Shown: positions 9,448 through 20,249 of the stretch, piece by piece
How the letters are laid out: every line of letters begins with the position of its first letter
Numbering within the stretch: the stretch's first letter is position 1
Source of the DNA: Candidatus Woesearchaeota archaeon
Lineage (GTDB): Archaea; Nanobdellota; Nanobdellia; Woesearchaeales; JAZDKJ01
DNA length: 64,000 nt
NCBI GenBank assembly: GCA_043803105.1
Contig: JAZDKJ010000008.1
Coordinates: forward strand, 32,001 to 96,000
Direction: 5' to 3'
Notes under the pieces: generated by a model
The model's database searches: none
What the model saw: only the letters and a program-made list of their open reading frames with translations
Told to the model about the DNA's origin: nothing
Program-made: the position numbers and the translations under genes

Positions 9448-11271
9448 TCAATAATTCACAAGAACTTCAACATCCTTGCCGAAAATCTTCTTCAGGTCAT
9501 CAAAGATCGGCTGCTTGATGAAGACCCGTATAGGAATCTCGATTTTTGCCAAGGCATGATCTAACTCTTCAAGAGAGCTTTTATTTGGCTCACCCAGGGA
9601 ACCGTCAGGGTTGATTACTGCGCGAGAAAGCTCTTTTTCCTCATTGTCGATATCATGGATGATGAAAGCTTCCTTGTCAAGCATAATGACTTCACCATAC
9701 CTGTCACCATGCTTTACCCTAATCTTGGTCCGCTCGATCTCTCTTCCTCTCTTTCTCTGCATATACTCCACAAGGAATTTAACCAATTCACGATAGCTCT
9801 TCTTTACCTTCTCAATCTCTTGCTTTGTGAGCTTGTTTAGGTCGTAGTCTTTCTTAGCCTTGACTATCTGATTAAGAATCCTCAAAAACTTCTCAGGGGC
9901 CTTGCCTTGATGCACCAATTGCTCCTCAAAGAGCTTAACTATGTCGCTGTCACGAGCACGCTCAATTCCTTCCACGCGCAAAGTGTCGCGGATAATCGTA
10001 ACCACATTCTCATAGCTCTGGACAATGTCCTCTTTCTCCTTGATAATATCAATCTCGGTAAATAGCTTCTTTATGCGCTTCAAATAAGCTTCTGCATCAG
10101 TGAGAAGCTCATCAACTTCTTTGCCTGTAAAGTCTTTTTTTGTTCCGTGCTCAATATCCTTTCTGACCTTGACTGTCTTCTCAAGTATATCAATAAACTT
10201 CTCTTCCAGGAGCTTCTCCTTCTTAACAAAAATATCGCGCATCAATTGACCAGTCTCCTTCGGAGCTGGCGGAGGTACTCCAAAAAGCATCAATGCAGCC
10301 TGGCTAGGGGTCAGGATTGCATAGAAGATGTCCTCCATGCCAATGTCCTTTAACTTAAACCTCACGCGCTCAAGCATCTGCTCGCCTGTGCTCATGAACA
10401 TGTCAATAGCTTCCTGCGAGGGCTTGATCTTACCCATCTTCAGGAGCTGTTTCCAGGGCATGAAAATGCCTCGGTCATAGAAAGGAACACCGTCCCTTAA
10501 CAATGTGAAGATGATGGGATTAGCCTCTTTCAAACTGTCCCAGAAATCAGTCAGTATATAGACCTGGACGTTCAGCTTGTTCTTGATGCCAGTCATCTCG
10601 CCAGCCTCAAGGCCCATGCCGATGATGATTGCACGAAGCTTGTCCTTTAACTCAGCCCTAGTCATCTTCTTGACATCAGTGTCGTCAATGACAATCCAGA
10701 CGTCGATGTCAGAAGTGGCTGTGGCTTTTCCTTGGACCAAAGACCCTGCGAGAACATAGCTCACAATATACTTCTCGAACTTCTTTAAGACCATATTCTT
10801 GTGCAACTCAGCGATCTTCACAGCAGAGAGCATGCCTGTATCATAAATCGGGGCAGCCATTGCAACAACCTGCAATACATCGCATTTGCCATCATAACAG
10901 CTCTGCCAGAGCTCTGAGAGAATTACAACCTGGGGAGTGATGTTCTTGTCAATCTCCTCAGCGAACTTTGCAATTATGGAAGCGAGCTTGTCCCGAAGCT
11001 CTTCCTTTGACATCTTCTGAGAATCATTATCATCAACCAGAACGAGAACATGAATCTTATCCTTGTCTTCCTTTCCATCCTCGGTCTTAGGCGGAGGCAG
11101 AAGAGCAATACCGACAATGTACTTGTCAAACTTGTCAACAACCTTTTTCTGGAACTTGTCAAGCTTAACCTTTATTGCCTGCAGTTTTTCCTGCACATCC
11201 TTTGGCAAGTCCTCAAGCTTTGGAATGCCTTGAGGTTGAGGTTCTTGTTCAGGATTCTTCTTGTTAGTCAG
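9448..11271 (-). CDS. Tandem nucleotidyltransferase (MNT)-domain protein with C-terminal HEPN-like helical region
   Basis: Degenerate first NT domain; intact second domain (LAGSLVQGKATATSDIDVWIVIDD); HEPN-like ILTPSQAALMLFGVPPP. Frame extends upstream to a CTG at 11271 lying 6 nt after GGTGA (the ORF track starts at TTG 11208). Confidence 0.85.
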   Translation of the reverse strand: MTNKKNPEQEPQPQGIPKLEDLPKDVQEKLQAIKVKLDKFQKKVVDKFDKYIVGIALLPPPKTEDGKEDKDKIHVLVLVDDNDSQKMSKEELRDKLASIIAKFAEEIDKNITPQVVILSELWQSCYDGKCDVLQVVAMAAPIYDTGMLSAVKIAELHKNMVLKKFEKYIVSYVLAGSLVQGKATATSDIDVWIVIDDTDVKKMTRAELKDKLRAIIIGMGLEAGEMTGIKNKLNVQVYILTDFWDSLKEANPIIFTLLRDGVPFYDRGIFMPWKQLLKMGKIKPSQEAIDMFMSTGEQMLERVRFKLKDIGMEDIFYAILTPSQAALMLFGVPPPAPKETGQLMRDIFVKKEKLLEEKFIDILEKTVKVRKDIEHGTKKDFTGKEVDELLTDAEAYLKRIKKLFTEIDIIKEKEDIVQSYENVVTIIRDTLRVEGIERARDSDIVKLFEEQLVHQGKAPEKFLRILNQIVKAKKDYDLNKLTKQEIEKVKKSYRELVKFLVEYMQRKRGREIERTKIRVKHGDRYGEVIMLDKEAFIIHDIDNEEKELSRAVINPDGSLGEPNKSSLEELDHALAKIEIPIRVFIKQPIFDDLKKIFGKDVEVLVNY

Positions 11272-11408
11272 GCGAAATCACCGAGCATCCGGGATGCGGG
11301 ATAGTATTTAAAGGTTTTTATATATAGTATGGAGTGTATAAGTCGAAGCGAAAGGTTTATATGAGAGTGTTTACTTGGGAATAGTATCTTATTCCTGAGG
11401 TGAGCTAT

Positions 11409-12170
11409 ATGGCTAAAAAGACCGAAAAGAAAATGGAAACAATTGATGATTATATGAATGGAGTGAGAGACCTCCATCCAAAGGATTTGGACGAAGCGCT
11501 AAAACACTATGATAAGATGACTTCAAGCAATGTCATCGAGCCAATGAAAACATTGGTCTTCAAGCCAGCGCAGGAAGAATTATACCATAAACTAGAAGAA
11601 GAACTTGACAAGACCTTCAAGGGTGAGAACGAAAGCGTCCATAACAAGGAAAAAGAGTTACGGCAAGCAGGAATCAAGGCATTGGAGGCGTATTTTGATA
11701 AAGTGATGCCTGGGGTGTCAAAAAGCGCCCAAGACATTGCGGATGAAGAAAAAAGGTTTCACTATTTAGCTAGGCATTATGACCAACACGTTGGAGTCAA
11801 GTCAGGAGAAAAAGGTTCTATATTTGGATTATTGAGTGCAGCAAGCGACAAAGGGGGAAAGGTCCGCGATGTCAAACAATATGCATATACAGTAGCACCA
11901 AACCATATAGAAGGCGCAGGAGAAATGCTTAAGGCAAAAGCGACAAATTTCTATTTGGGTTCTTTCCATCCAACTGACCTTGCACCATCTGTCAAAGACG
12001 ATCTAGAGGAAAGAGGTATTGGGGTAGACGACAAGACTCTTTATGTGCAGCATGAGATACCCACCCTTTTAGAAATCCGCAAGGGTGCACGGAAGGGAAA
12101 ATGGGCAAAGAAGCTTGAAGAATACGGACTAAAATACGAAGAGAAAGAGAAAAACAAAAACGAAGATTAG
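11409..12170 (+). CDS. Hypothetical soluble, charged protein
   Basis: Long ORF; ATG 11409 follows a GAGGTGA SD site. Confidence 0.7.
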   Translation: MAKKTEKKMETIDDYMNGVRDLHPKDLDEALKHYDKMTSSNVIEPMKTLVFKPAQEELYHKLEEELDKTFKGENESVHNKEKELRQAGIKALEAYFDKVMPGVSKSAQDIADEEKRFHYLARHYDQHVGVKSGEKGSIFGLLSAASDKGGKVRDVKQYAYTVAPNHIEGAGEMLKAKATNFYLGSFHPTDLAPSVKDDLEERGIGVDDKTLYVQHEIPTLLEIRKGARKGKWAKKLEEYGLKYEEKEKNKNED

Positions 12171-12224
12171 CTGGAAACTCAGGAAAGGAAAGGTAAATAA
12201 ACCTTAAGATTTTTCTTCTTTTTT

Positions 12225-13040
12225 ATGATTAGACGCAATCACACTTCTCTGGATAAAATAATCGCTGGAATAGTTCTATACAAAGCACTAGAGCGAAAGT
12301 TTCAACCGAACCAATACAACCTTTACGGAATGACAGAAGTGTCAAGGCAAGGTGCTGTGGGAGACTTTGAAGACACAACAGACCAGTACAAAAGAGCAAA
12401 AATCCTGCAAGCTGCGCAAGAGTTGCCTTCTGAATACCAGGAAAATCTCCTGACAAAAGATTATGTTGCGCAATTGCTTCTAAAATATATGGCTTCAAAA
12501 GAAGGGAAAGGAGCAATGAAAAAGTATGGGCTAAACAAAGAAGATATAAGGCCGGCTGCAGCAAGACTTGAAGAAGGGGTTGTGGCTGCAACGACAAAAG
12601 ATGTCTATCCTTATCCTGTGATGAAGAACATTGAAGATCGGGACAGATACATAAGGAGCATACAGGAGAGCGAGCCAAAACTCTCAGCCTATGATGTTGA
12701 GACAATGTGGGTAAGGCACGAGCTAAGGCACCTCTCTCAAGACGCAAGGTTGCTTGCAAGTGCAAGCACATCGCTTGAAAACAGGCTCTATGTGGAAGCA
12801 GACAACATTGCGGGATTGTTCAGGGAGTATGTAGAAGAGATGCAGCAGGCAACAGGCCATAAAAAAGAAGTGCTCGCTGCAAAGGCAAGAGCAACATTGG
12901 GTCATTACCTTGGAACAAAGGCAGGAATGATGGACGAGCGCGGAACGGAGTACAGCGGAAAGGAAGAGCTTACATCCATAGCAAAAGAACTAGAAGGAAA
13001 GCTTGGAACAGAAGACTACAACACGCTCTTCAACCGGTAA
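12225..13040 (+). CDS. Hypothetical protein with HExxH (zincin-like) motif
   Basis: HELRH followed ~19 residues later by Glu (LYVEAD). Confidence 0.6.
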   Translation: MIRRNHTSLDKIIAGIVLYKALERKFQPNQYNLYGMTEVSRQGAVGDFEDTTDQYKRAKILQAAQELPSEYQENLLTKDYVAQLLLKYMASKEGKGAMKKYGLNKEDIRPAAARLEEGVVAATTKDVYPYPVMKNIEDRDRYIRSIQESEPKLSAYDVETMWVRHELRHLSQDARLLASASTSLENRLYVEADNIAGLFREYVEEMQQATGHKKEVLAAKARATLGHYLGTKAGMMDERGTEYSGKEELTSIAKELEGKLGTEDYNTLFNR

Positions 13041-13863
13041 TTCTTAAGATTGCGAAGATTCTCAGGATTGTGAGCAGAGGGAATACTATAACCAGAAGGT
13101 AGAGCAGGAACAGAACAAAGTGGCTTGACAAGAGAAAGCCGAGAATAACGAGCACGGCGATTATAACAAGGCAGGGCAGGAAAGTCAAAAGAATCTTCTT
13201 GTAGTCCTTGAAGCCGACAATAAAAGTCTTCTGAAAGATCTTCTTTAGGCCAGTCTTCCTTAGCAAAGGATAAGAAACAAAAGCAAAATATGCTAAGGCA
13301 AAAGTGCAGATGATGAAAAGCACAGTGACAAAATCCCTGCTCACAAGGGGGAAGATACTAAAGGTTGCGTAAACCGAAAGCTTGACCCAGGTGTAGATAA
13401 AGCAGTAAAACAAGGAAAGCCATATGATGTTAACCGCAAGGAACCGAAGCAAATAACTTGCCTTGGTCCTGCGGTCAACGACTCTGTTGCAGAAGAGCCA
13501 TACAAGACCTTGAAAGACACAGTAAACAACCATAGCTAGGGCCATCAACAAGAGCAGGAGCTGGAGGGCTTTGGTGAAGTAATAGGCAAACTCTGGCTTG
13601 TTGAGCATCACATCAACCATTGAGTTCTGATTTGCAACAAGGCCTGAGACATTGCTTATATCAGTCTGTGCAGCATTCATGAGAAAACCGATGTAATCGA
13701 AAATCCTCTGCTGGATGATTGCGAAGGTGAGGAGAAAGGTCATGAAAAAAAGGATGTCTGAGGCAACTGAAAGAATAAAATAAAGCTTGTTTGAAAGCGG
13801 CAGAAGGAAGGTTTGTTTAATATCCTTCAAAATAGTGTTTCTTAATATTTGGGGCTTACGCAT
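13030..13863 (-). CDS. Multipass membrane protein (paralogue of 22199-22954)
   Basis: About 6 TM helices; VYCVFQGLVW...YLLRFLAVNIIW matches VYSLFQGLVW...YFKRFSLLNLCW in the paralogue. Confidence 0.8.
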   Translation of the reverse strand: MRKPQILRNTILKDIKQTFLLPLSNKLYFILSVASDILFFMTFLLTFAIIQQRIFDYIGFLMNAAQTDISNVSGLVANQNSMVDVMLNKPEFAYYFTKALQLLLLLMALAMVVYCVFQGLVWLFCNRVVDRRTKASYLLRFLAVNIIWLSLFYCFIYTWVKLSVYATFSIFPLVSRDFVTVLFIICTFALAYFAFVSYPLLRKTGLKKIFQKTFIVGFKDYKKILLTFLPCLVIIAVLVILGFLLSSHFVLFLLYLLVIVFPLLTILRIFAILRITG

Positions 13864-16800
13864 GTGATCTCCAGGTTTTGGTCGACAACATTCTTTGCTT
13901 CATCTTCTGCATAAACCCTTGCATAGTCACCGCAGCTGTAGATGGTAGAACCTTGATAAACAGATGGTGTTGCAGCGCTAGGAGGTGTCACCGGAATGTC
14001 TGAAGTGCCGAAATAGATAGTCTTCAATGACTTATCTTCCTGCACGAATATGTTAACAGCATAAGTTACATCGCTCAAAAGATTCCCCTTGAAGTTTGTT
14101 GTCTTGTCAACAGTTACAGACTGGCCTGTGTTGACTGCAGTAAAGACAACTTTCAATATTTCTGGAGCTTTGGTATCAACCTGGGAGCCTGTAGTCACTG
14201 CAGAAGCGGTGGTACAAGGCTCATCCTTACATTCGTCTCCACAACAGTATTGGTTCGGAGAACAAACACCTTTTGGATCGTTCTGGCTGTAAGCAAGCCC
14301 ATTGCAAACACAATAATCTGTCAGTATAGTCTTGCCGTCGTTAACGCAGCCTACAGTATCGACACACTTCTTATCAACGCAATACTTGCCTTCCTTACAA
14401 TCACGAGGTGTGGTAGAAACTATTGCTGTGGTCTCGCAATAACAGTCAAACTGATTTGCCTTTGTTGAAGGGTCAGTGCACCTGCCTGCAGACAGAGCAC
14501 CTTCACCGCACTGGGCATTAAATGGAATTACCTGCTCCTGCTTTACACTGTTGTAAACAGTGACTTGTGTTGAGGGAATCCAGCTCGCACCAGCTTGGGT
14601 TGCGTCAAGTATCTGGAAGTGCGCCTTCCAGGTCTGCTTTCCTGAACTTGCGGAACAGGCATCTGCGGTTGAAGCGGACTGATAAGAAACAACATACCAA
14701 CCCTTTGTGTTAGCTGCAGAGGGTGTGTTCGTTCTAAAACGTATCCTGACACCTGCAGTTTCCACTATCATATTCTCAAATTTTGCACGGCTTCCACGCT
14801 GTTGATTGGAACTGCAGGCAGAATCACCACAGATCTGATACATCACTGTGTCGCCATCCTTGGAAAACAATATGTAAAAAGGGAATAGCGTCTTGTCAAT
14901 ATTTGCTGCAATAATATCACCTTCAGTAACAACATCGTTTGGATTTGCGCCTGTACCTGTTGATACAACAGGCTTTGTGGATGAGGCACCAGTAAAATCA
15001 TCAGCCTTTATCTCCCTTAACTTAATTGAGTCAGTGTACCTTCCCTTAGAGTTCAGGAAGATATAATCAGGATACTGAAAGATGTCGCGACCGTTCTGGT
15101 TCTCAATCCAGACCTTCAAGTACTTTGTGTACTCGCAGTTGTTCTGGCCGCTGCAAGACTGGCAATTCAAGCCTTGGCAGTTGGCCGCATCAGGGATCTG
15201 CTGCTGAATATCAACGCTAAACTGCATCATACTGCCAACCCTAAACGCATCTGCACCATAAGGATATTCAGGAGCTGGCTTGTTTTTGAACATAGCCCAG
15301 TTCTCAGTGCCAACGCCAACTGAGCAGCGGTACATCAATGAACCAACATCCCACTTGCAGATAGCTGGAGGCTTGCCACCAACCTGGCCAATCTTACAGG
15401 TGGATTTGTCAATCACAGTCTTCTTGTTGTTATCAATATAAGTCCACTCAAGGATTGCAGTATCGTACCTCACCTGCAAGTCCTGCTTTGTCTTATAGAT
15501 ATCTCCCTGGTCAAAAATCATCTCGCCCGGAAGCAGGTGATTGGGCAGGCCCTCAATAGTAATCTCCTGAGGCTTTCCAGGGCAATCACAACGGCCATTT
15601 TCAAAACCATCCGAGCTACTGCAGGTAAAACCATCAGAGCAGATAAGCCTCAACCTGATATTATTCAATTCAGCTCCAGCAACAAGGCCTACACCAAAAT
15701 GATAATTCCAAGTAGTAAGTCCGCTCGGATTGCTGACAGGATTAAACGACATGAAGCGGCGCTCGCAAGGATAAAGGAAGCCCTCACTCTTGATTGGTGC
15801 AGAGAACTGCTGGTTCAAGAGACCGGAAACATCAAGGTCCCAAGTGCCTGTGAAAGCAAAAAGGCAGACTGAGTGGACAAGCTTCTTATCAGCAAACATG
15901 GACTGCCACAAAGCAGAATTGCCATAACGGCCGGCAACAGAGCGCTGAACACCTTCGCCGGCACTCGTCAAGGCACCAAAAAAGTTGCCGATAGAGCCGC
16001 CAGAAGCAGAGCGCTGGCCAGACAGGCTGTACTTTTCTGTAACGCAGCTGATAAGGTCATAGATAAAGTCACAGACGTAAACAGTTAGCACTGCCCTACA
16101 AGTGCCTGAACTGCCGTCACCAGTAACGAGAATGGTCTGGAAACAATTCTTTATCGCAGTCAACATATTCTTGTAAAGGGTAAGGTAGCCTGTGACTGCT
16201 GCAATGCAAGCGCACTGGATGCTTCTTAAAAATCCTGATGTCGGTTCAACAATATATTCACGCTCCTTATGGCCAAGCTTTTCCTGGATGCGGTTGTAAA
16301 GGTCAAGTGCTTGCGTCTCACTAATGGTTCCGCATTTCTCCAAATCCTTCCAAAAAGAAGAACACCATTGGTCAAGGCTACAGCGCTTGATAGAACCTTG
16401 CCTTTGAATCTCTTTGCTAGGAACTGAGAAATAGGCTGTCACATCAGGGTCTAGATTACCTATCCTGAAAGCATTCTCTTTTGTTATTGGGGTATCATCA
16501 GTGGCCTTGGAGTTCTTGTTTGTCAATTCAGCAACCCTCTTAGTCGTCAGCATATAGCCACGATGCACCTGATAGTCTGTGTTGCCAGTCAATTTGTTCG
16601 GCGGAAGGATGCGATAATATATCGTGTCATAATCCTCGCGCAGATTGAGCTGGTCATAAAGGCACTGATTGCTCACCGTGTCAGTATTACCAGAAGTAAG
16701 CCTTCCCTTGTACTTCACTCCAGAATCAATGATATCAGCCTGCACCTGGCCGGCAGGAGAGCAGATGCCAGCCACCTTGTTCCAGGTGACCTGGCATTTA

Positions 16801-19800
16801 ATCGGGTCTTCAGCATTAGCGAGTTCAGTGACCTTAGCTTCGTCCTCAGCGATGACACAGACATTCTCCTTCAACTCGTTCATGACAGCACAGGCAGAGT
16901 TCCACTCGTTCATGTACTCCTGGCCGCAACACTGCGCATTTGGAGGATGAAGCCCAGAACATGAAACCTGGTCAGGGCCTGTGGCGGCAGTCTGCATCTT
17001 CTTGTAATCAGCATAAATCTTCTGGGCTTGGGCTGTGTTTAGGGTGAACTTTTTTGAAATGGAGCTAACCGCGGTTGTTGTTTGACCCATGGCAGCCCTC
17101 AAAGCATTCTCATCCTTGTAAAGGCCTGAGGGTGTCCAACCAGTTGTGCCGTCCACTGTACCATCATTCCAAACTTCAACATTGTTGCCTGTAACCTTGT
17201 ATCTTCTGGAGCCGCCAGCGTCAGCAACGACATACTCGGCCTTGTTCTTGACATCTGCAGGGGTTTTTGGCGACTCAACCCATTTGCCTGAGTTATCCTG
17301 GGAATATGCCTTGTCATTTTCAATCTTATATTTGGTGTAGCCTTCATAGCCGCTAGAAATTGAGTATTCATTGGCATCAAGGCTCATCCCGTTAGCGGTG
17401 CTGGCGACAGCAGCGCAATCACTGCCTTTCTTGAATGTAGTTCCTGGAATAGTCCTCACAGGGTTTTGCGCTATTTTGGTGCGGATATACATCTCCAGAG
17501 TCGGGACGCTCGGGCAGAAAATCCTGTCGCAGATCCAGCGCATGTAGACCTCAAAGTTGAGGCGCTTCTGGATAGCGTCCCTGCATTTGACGCACTGGTT
17601 GTTCAGCTCAGTCTTTGGCTTGTCTCCCTGTATAGGATAGACCTGGTCACACTTGTTTATCTGGGCAACATCCTTGTCAAAACGATCAGCAGGACTTAAC
17701 TTAGCGACTGCATTGACTGTGCTTATGGCGCTCGCAAACTGGCAGCTCCAACCCTCTTGCAGCCAGAAATAAAAGTCAATAACCCAGGAAGCAGCACAGC
17801 CGTAAAAAACATATTCCTTGATCGTGTTAAGAGGTTTTAGGACAGCATCGATAATGGTGATTGTGGCATTCAGGACATCAATGGAGGCCTTCAAGAAAGC
17901 CTCAGGGATCATGTTGCTAGGTATGCGCCTGTCAATAGTGACCATAACATCAAAACAATGCCTCTGCTGGAGCGTGTAGTTGTAATTCGGAAGCTCAAAG
18001 TCAACGACAAGCATCAAAGGCACCTTTACGCAGCCCAGGCCAGGCACACCGCACTGGCCTATACGGTGATTGCTAAGGTTTGCTTCCTTGTCAAGCATGG
18101 TCATGTTCTTGCCGTGCGAAGGATCCTGGGGCAAGACCTTAAGCATAACATAACCCTGCCTCTTGTTTGTGCTTTTGACAATGTCAGAAATTACCCAGCT
18201 CTTATCCCAGTCCTTTTCCTCTGCAGCGCTCAGGGGCCTATTACGCAAATAGATATCGCGGATAGTGCCATTATTCCAACCGCCCTGCCAGGAGATGTTG
18301 ACAGAAAGCCCTATCATATCCATTCCCTCAATCATCAACCTGGGAGTTAGCATGTTGGGAGTGGGCTTGGAAATGTCGACCTTCCACCAGCTGCCAAGCC
18401 CGCATTGGGCAAGGATAACTGAGCTTTTCTTCTCATCCTTCAATCCTGCATCATCAATCGCGACAATCCTTACATCATTCCTCCAAGCGTCAGCAACCTT
18501 GATTTCCATAGCAGAGACTGGAAGGTTGCGATTCGTGGTTGAGTCAAAATGGTCAACCGCAACATCACGCCTAAGCTTGACATCAACCTTGAAATTACCC
18601 TTGTCATCAGTCTTGGTCATTGAAGATGGGCTGGTGTCATTGTTGATAAAGACAGCAATAGTGGCTTTTTCACTTACCTTGCCTATCAAGGTAACATCAG
18701 GAATGTAGGTCGGAGAGATCATGCCCAGATTGTCCTCAAGAATCTTAGGCGCTTGTGTGTCAAAGAGCGTCTGGTTCTCGAAAACAGCAACATTGCCTGC
18801 GCGGTCTCTTGCTTCAATCTTCAGATTATTTATGCCCTGTGATAATGTCACTGACTCTGAAAAATCACCGCTCAGGTTAATGCTCTTTTCAAAAATGTGC
18901 TGCTTGCAGGAAAGATTCACCTCGCTTGGAGTCTTGTTGTATACAGACCCGCCAGCCATGGTGCGTACAACAAGGTCCTTGGACTTGAGGCCTTCATTGC
19001 AATTGGTATCCACCGCAGCAACATTATAGGTATAGGCCTTGCCTGAATCAATAGTGGCGCCAACATCAACAAACACAGTCTCTTTGGTTGTGGTGATACG
19101 CTTTTGGTTCCTGAAAACAGAATACATCAGGAGATCCTCTTCCTTGTTCTTGCTCCAGACAAGCTTGACAGAATTCGTAGCAAGCGAACCATTAGTCAAG
19201 CCACTAACCTGGCTAGGAGCAAGAAGGTCTTTAGCAGAAGAGACAGTAAAAGTGATGGCAGAAAGCTCATTGACAGAGCCGTCAATCTGCATGGATTGTT
19301 GTGTTGCAACCCTGGAGACATTCTTTATTGTGAGCACAGGCGGGTTAGAGTCAAGAGTCACCTTATACTCCTTGACAGCAACATTGCCGACAAGATCCTT
19401 TGCTTCCAGGCGAACCAGGTTAGTCTGGTCAGAGAGCTCCAGGCCAATCACCTTGAAGCTGCCTGCAGAATCAGCCTTTGCCCAACGCTGGAGCTGATTG
19501 TTGACAAAAACGTTAACGTCTGCCAATGGGTCAGTCTTGCCAGAAAAGGTCAGCAGGCGGTTGTTAAAGAACTCTGGGATTGAGGCTTCAATTGAAGGAG
19601 GCGTAAGGTCAGCGCCTGCGATAAAGGTTCTAGCAGAAGAATTTATGCAATTCTTGTGTGTGTCACACATGCCGACCTTAAAATAATAAATTGTTCCATT
19701 TGAAACAGCAAGGGTGAGGGAATGCTGCTTTGCCAGATTACCATCATTTGCCATGAACCCGAAGCCTTGGGTGGTGCCGTAGAAAACAGCACTTGTTGAA

Positions 19801-20249
19801 GGCTCATCAGTTGCCCATTCCACAACAGCCTGTGCATCAGACGGAAGTTTCAAGGTAATGTTTGAGGCGAGCCTTGGCGGAACCCTATCAGGGGCTTGGG
19901 TTGTTTTCAGGCTAAAAGGATTTCCTGCATTCCTTGTGGTAATGGAAAAACCAGAGGCATTTGTCGAAACAAGCTCGTAAAAATACTGAGTGCTGTTCTG
20001 CAAGCCTTTGATGATGACAGTATGCTTCTTCAGAAGCGAGCTGTTTTCAGCTGACTGATCAAGATTTGTCGATGTTAGGCCAAAATTCACTTTTGCTGCA
20101 GCAGGCTCGGTAGTTGTCCATGCAATGGTGGCGTTGTTGTAAGAGATTACAGGCCTTGCATCATAAGAGACCTCAAGCCTTGCCAGGGCAAATGGGAAAA
20201 GTATCATAAGCTCTGCGATCCACAATGCCATCAGCTGGTTCATCCTCAT
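13842..20249 (-). CDS. Giant (2135 aa) secreted protein: FN3/Ig-like repeats, Cys-rich helical core, Cys-rich C-terminal modules
   Basis: Signal peptide; WTTTEPA and WATDEPS FN3-like repeats; EAKDLVGN/EARDRAGN Big-type repeats; many Cys in the C-terminal two-thirds. Confidence 0.85.
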   Translation of the reverse strand: MRMNQLMALWIAELMILFPFALARLEVSYDARPVISYNNATIAWTTTEPAAAKVNFGLTSTNLDQSAENSSLLKKHTVIIKGLQNSTQYFYELVSTNASGFSITTRNAGNPFSLKTTQAPDRVPPRLASNITLKLPSDAQAVVEWATDEPSTSAVFYGTTQGFGFMANDGNLAKQHSLTLAVSNGTIYYFKVGMCDTHKNCINSSARTFIAGADLTPPSIEASIPEFFNNRLLTFSGKTDPLADVNVFVNNQLQRWAKADSAGSFKVIGLELSDQTNLVRLEAKDLVGNVAVKEYKVTLDSNPPVLTIKNVSRVATQQSMQIDGSVNELSAITFTVSSAKDLLAPSQVSGLTNGSLATNSVKLVWSKNKEEDLLMYSVFRNQKRITTTKETVFVDVGATIDSGKAYTYNVAAVDTNCNEGLKSKDLVVRTMAGGSVYNKTPSEVNLSCKQHIFEKSINLSGDFSESVTLSQGINNLKIEARDRAGNVAVFENQTLFDTQAPKILEDNLGMISPTYIPDVTLIGKVSEKATIAVFINNDTSPSSMTKTDDKGNFKVDVKLRRDVAVDHFDSTTNRNLPVSAMEIKVADAWRNDVRIVAIDDAGLKDEKKSSVILAQCGLGSWWKVDISKPTPNMLTPRLMIEGMDMIGLSVNISWQGGWNNGTIRDIYLRNRPLSAAEEKDWDKSWVISDIVKSTNKRQGYVMLKVLPQDPSHGKNMTMLDKEANLSNHRIGQCGVPGLGCVKVPLMLVVDFELPNYNYTLQQRHCFDVMVTIDRRIPSNMIPEAFLKASIDVLNATITIIDAVLKPLNTIKEYVFYGCAASWVIDFYFWLQEGWSCQFASAISTVNAVAKLSPADRFDKDVAQINKCDQVYPIQGDKPKTELNNQCVKCRDAIQKRLNFEVYMRWICDRIFCPSVPTLEMYIRTKIAQNPVRTIPGTTFKKGSDCAAVASTANGMSLDANEYSISSGYEGYTKYKIENDKAYSQDNSGKWVESPKTPADVKNKAEYVVADAGGSRRYKVTGNNVEVWNDGTVDGTTGWTPSGLYKDENALRAAMGQTTTAVSSISKKFTLNTAQAQKIYADYKKMQTAATGPDQVSCSGLHPPNAQCCGQEYMNEWNSACAVMNELKENVCVIAEDEAKVTELANAEDPIKCQVTWNKVAGICSPAGQVQADIIDSGVKYKGRLTSGNTDTVSNQCLYDQLNLREDYDTIYYRILPPNKLTGNTDYQVHRGYMLTTKRVAELTNKNSKATDDTPITKENAFRIGNLDPDVTAYFSVPSKEIQRQGSIKRCSLDQWCSSFWKDLEKCGTISETQALDLYNRIQEKLGHKEREYIVEPTSGFLRSIQCACIAAVTGYLTLYKNMLTAIKNCFQTILVTGDGSSGTCRAVLTVYVCDFIYDLISCVTEKYSLSGQRSASGGSIGNFFGALTSAGEGVQRSVAGRYGNSALWQSMFADKKLVHSVCLFAFTGTWDLDVSGLLNQQFSAPIKSEGFLYPCERRFMSFNPVSNPSGLTTWNYHFGVGLVAGAELNNIRLRLICSDGFTCSSSDGFENGRCDCPGKPQEITIEGLPNHLLPGEMIFDQGDIYKTKQDLQVRYDTAILEWTYIDNNKKTVIDKSTCKIGQVGGKPPAICKWDVGSLMYRCSVGVGTENWAMFKNKPAPEYPYGADAFRVGSMMQFSVDIQQQIPDAANCQGLNCQSCSGQNNCEYTKYLKVWIENQNGRDIFQYPDYIFLNSKGRYTDSIKLREIKADDFTGASSTKPVVSTGTGANPNDVVTEGDIIAANIDKTLFPFYILFSKDGDTVMYQICGDSACSSNQQRGSRAKFENMIVETAGVRIRFRTNTPSAANTKGWYVVSYQSASTADACSASSGKQTWKAHFQILDATQAGASWIPSTQVTVYNSVKQEQVIPFNAQCGEGALSAGRCTDPSTKANQFDCYCETTAIVSTTPRDCKEGKYCVDKKCVDTVGCVNDGKTILTDYCVCNGLAYSQNDPKGVCSPNQYCCGDECKDEPCTTASAVTTGSQVDTKAPEILKVVFTAVNTGQSVTVDKTTNFKGNLLSDVTYAVNIFVQEDKSLKTIYFGTSDIPVTPPSAATPSVYQGSTIYSCGDYARVYAEDEAKNVVDQNLEITCVSPKY

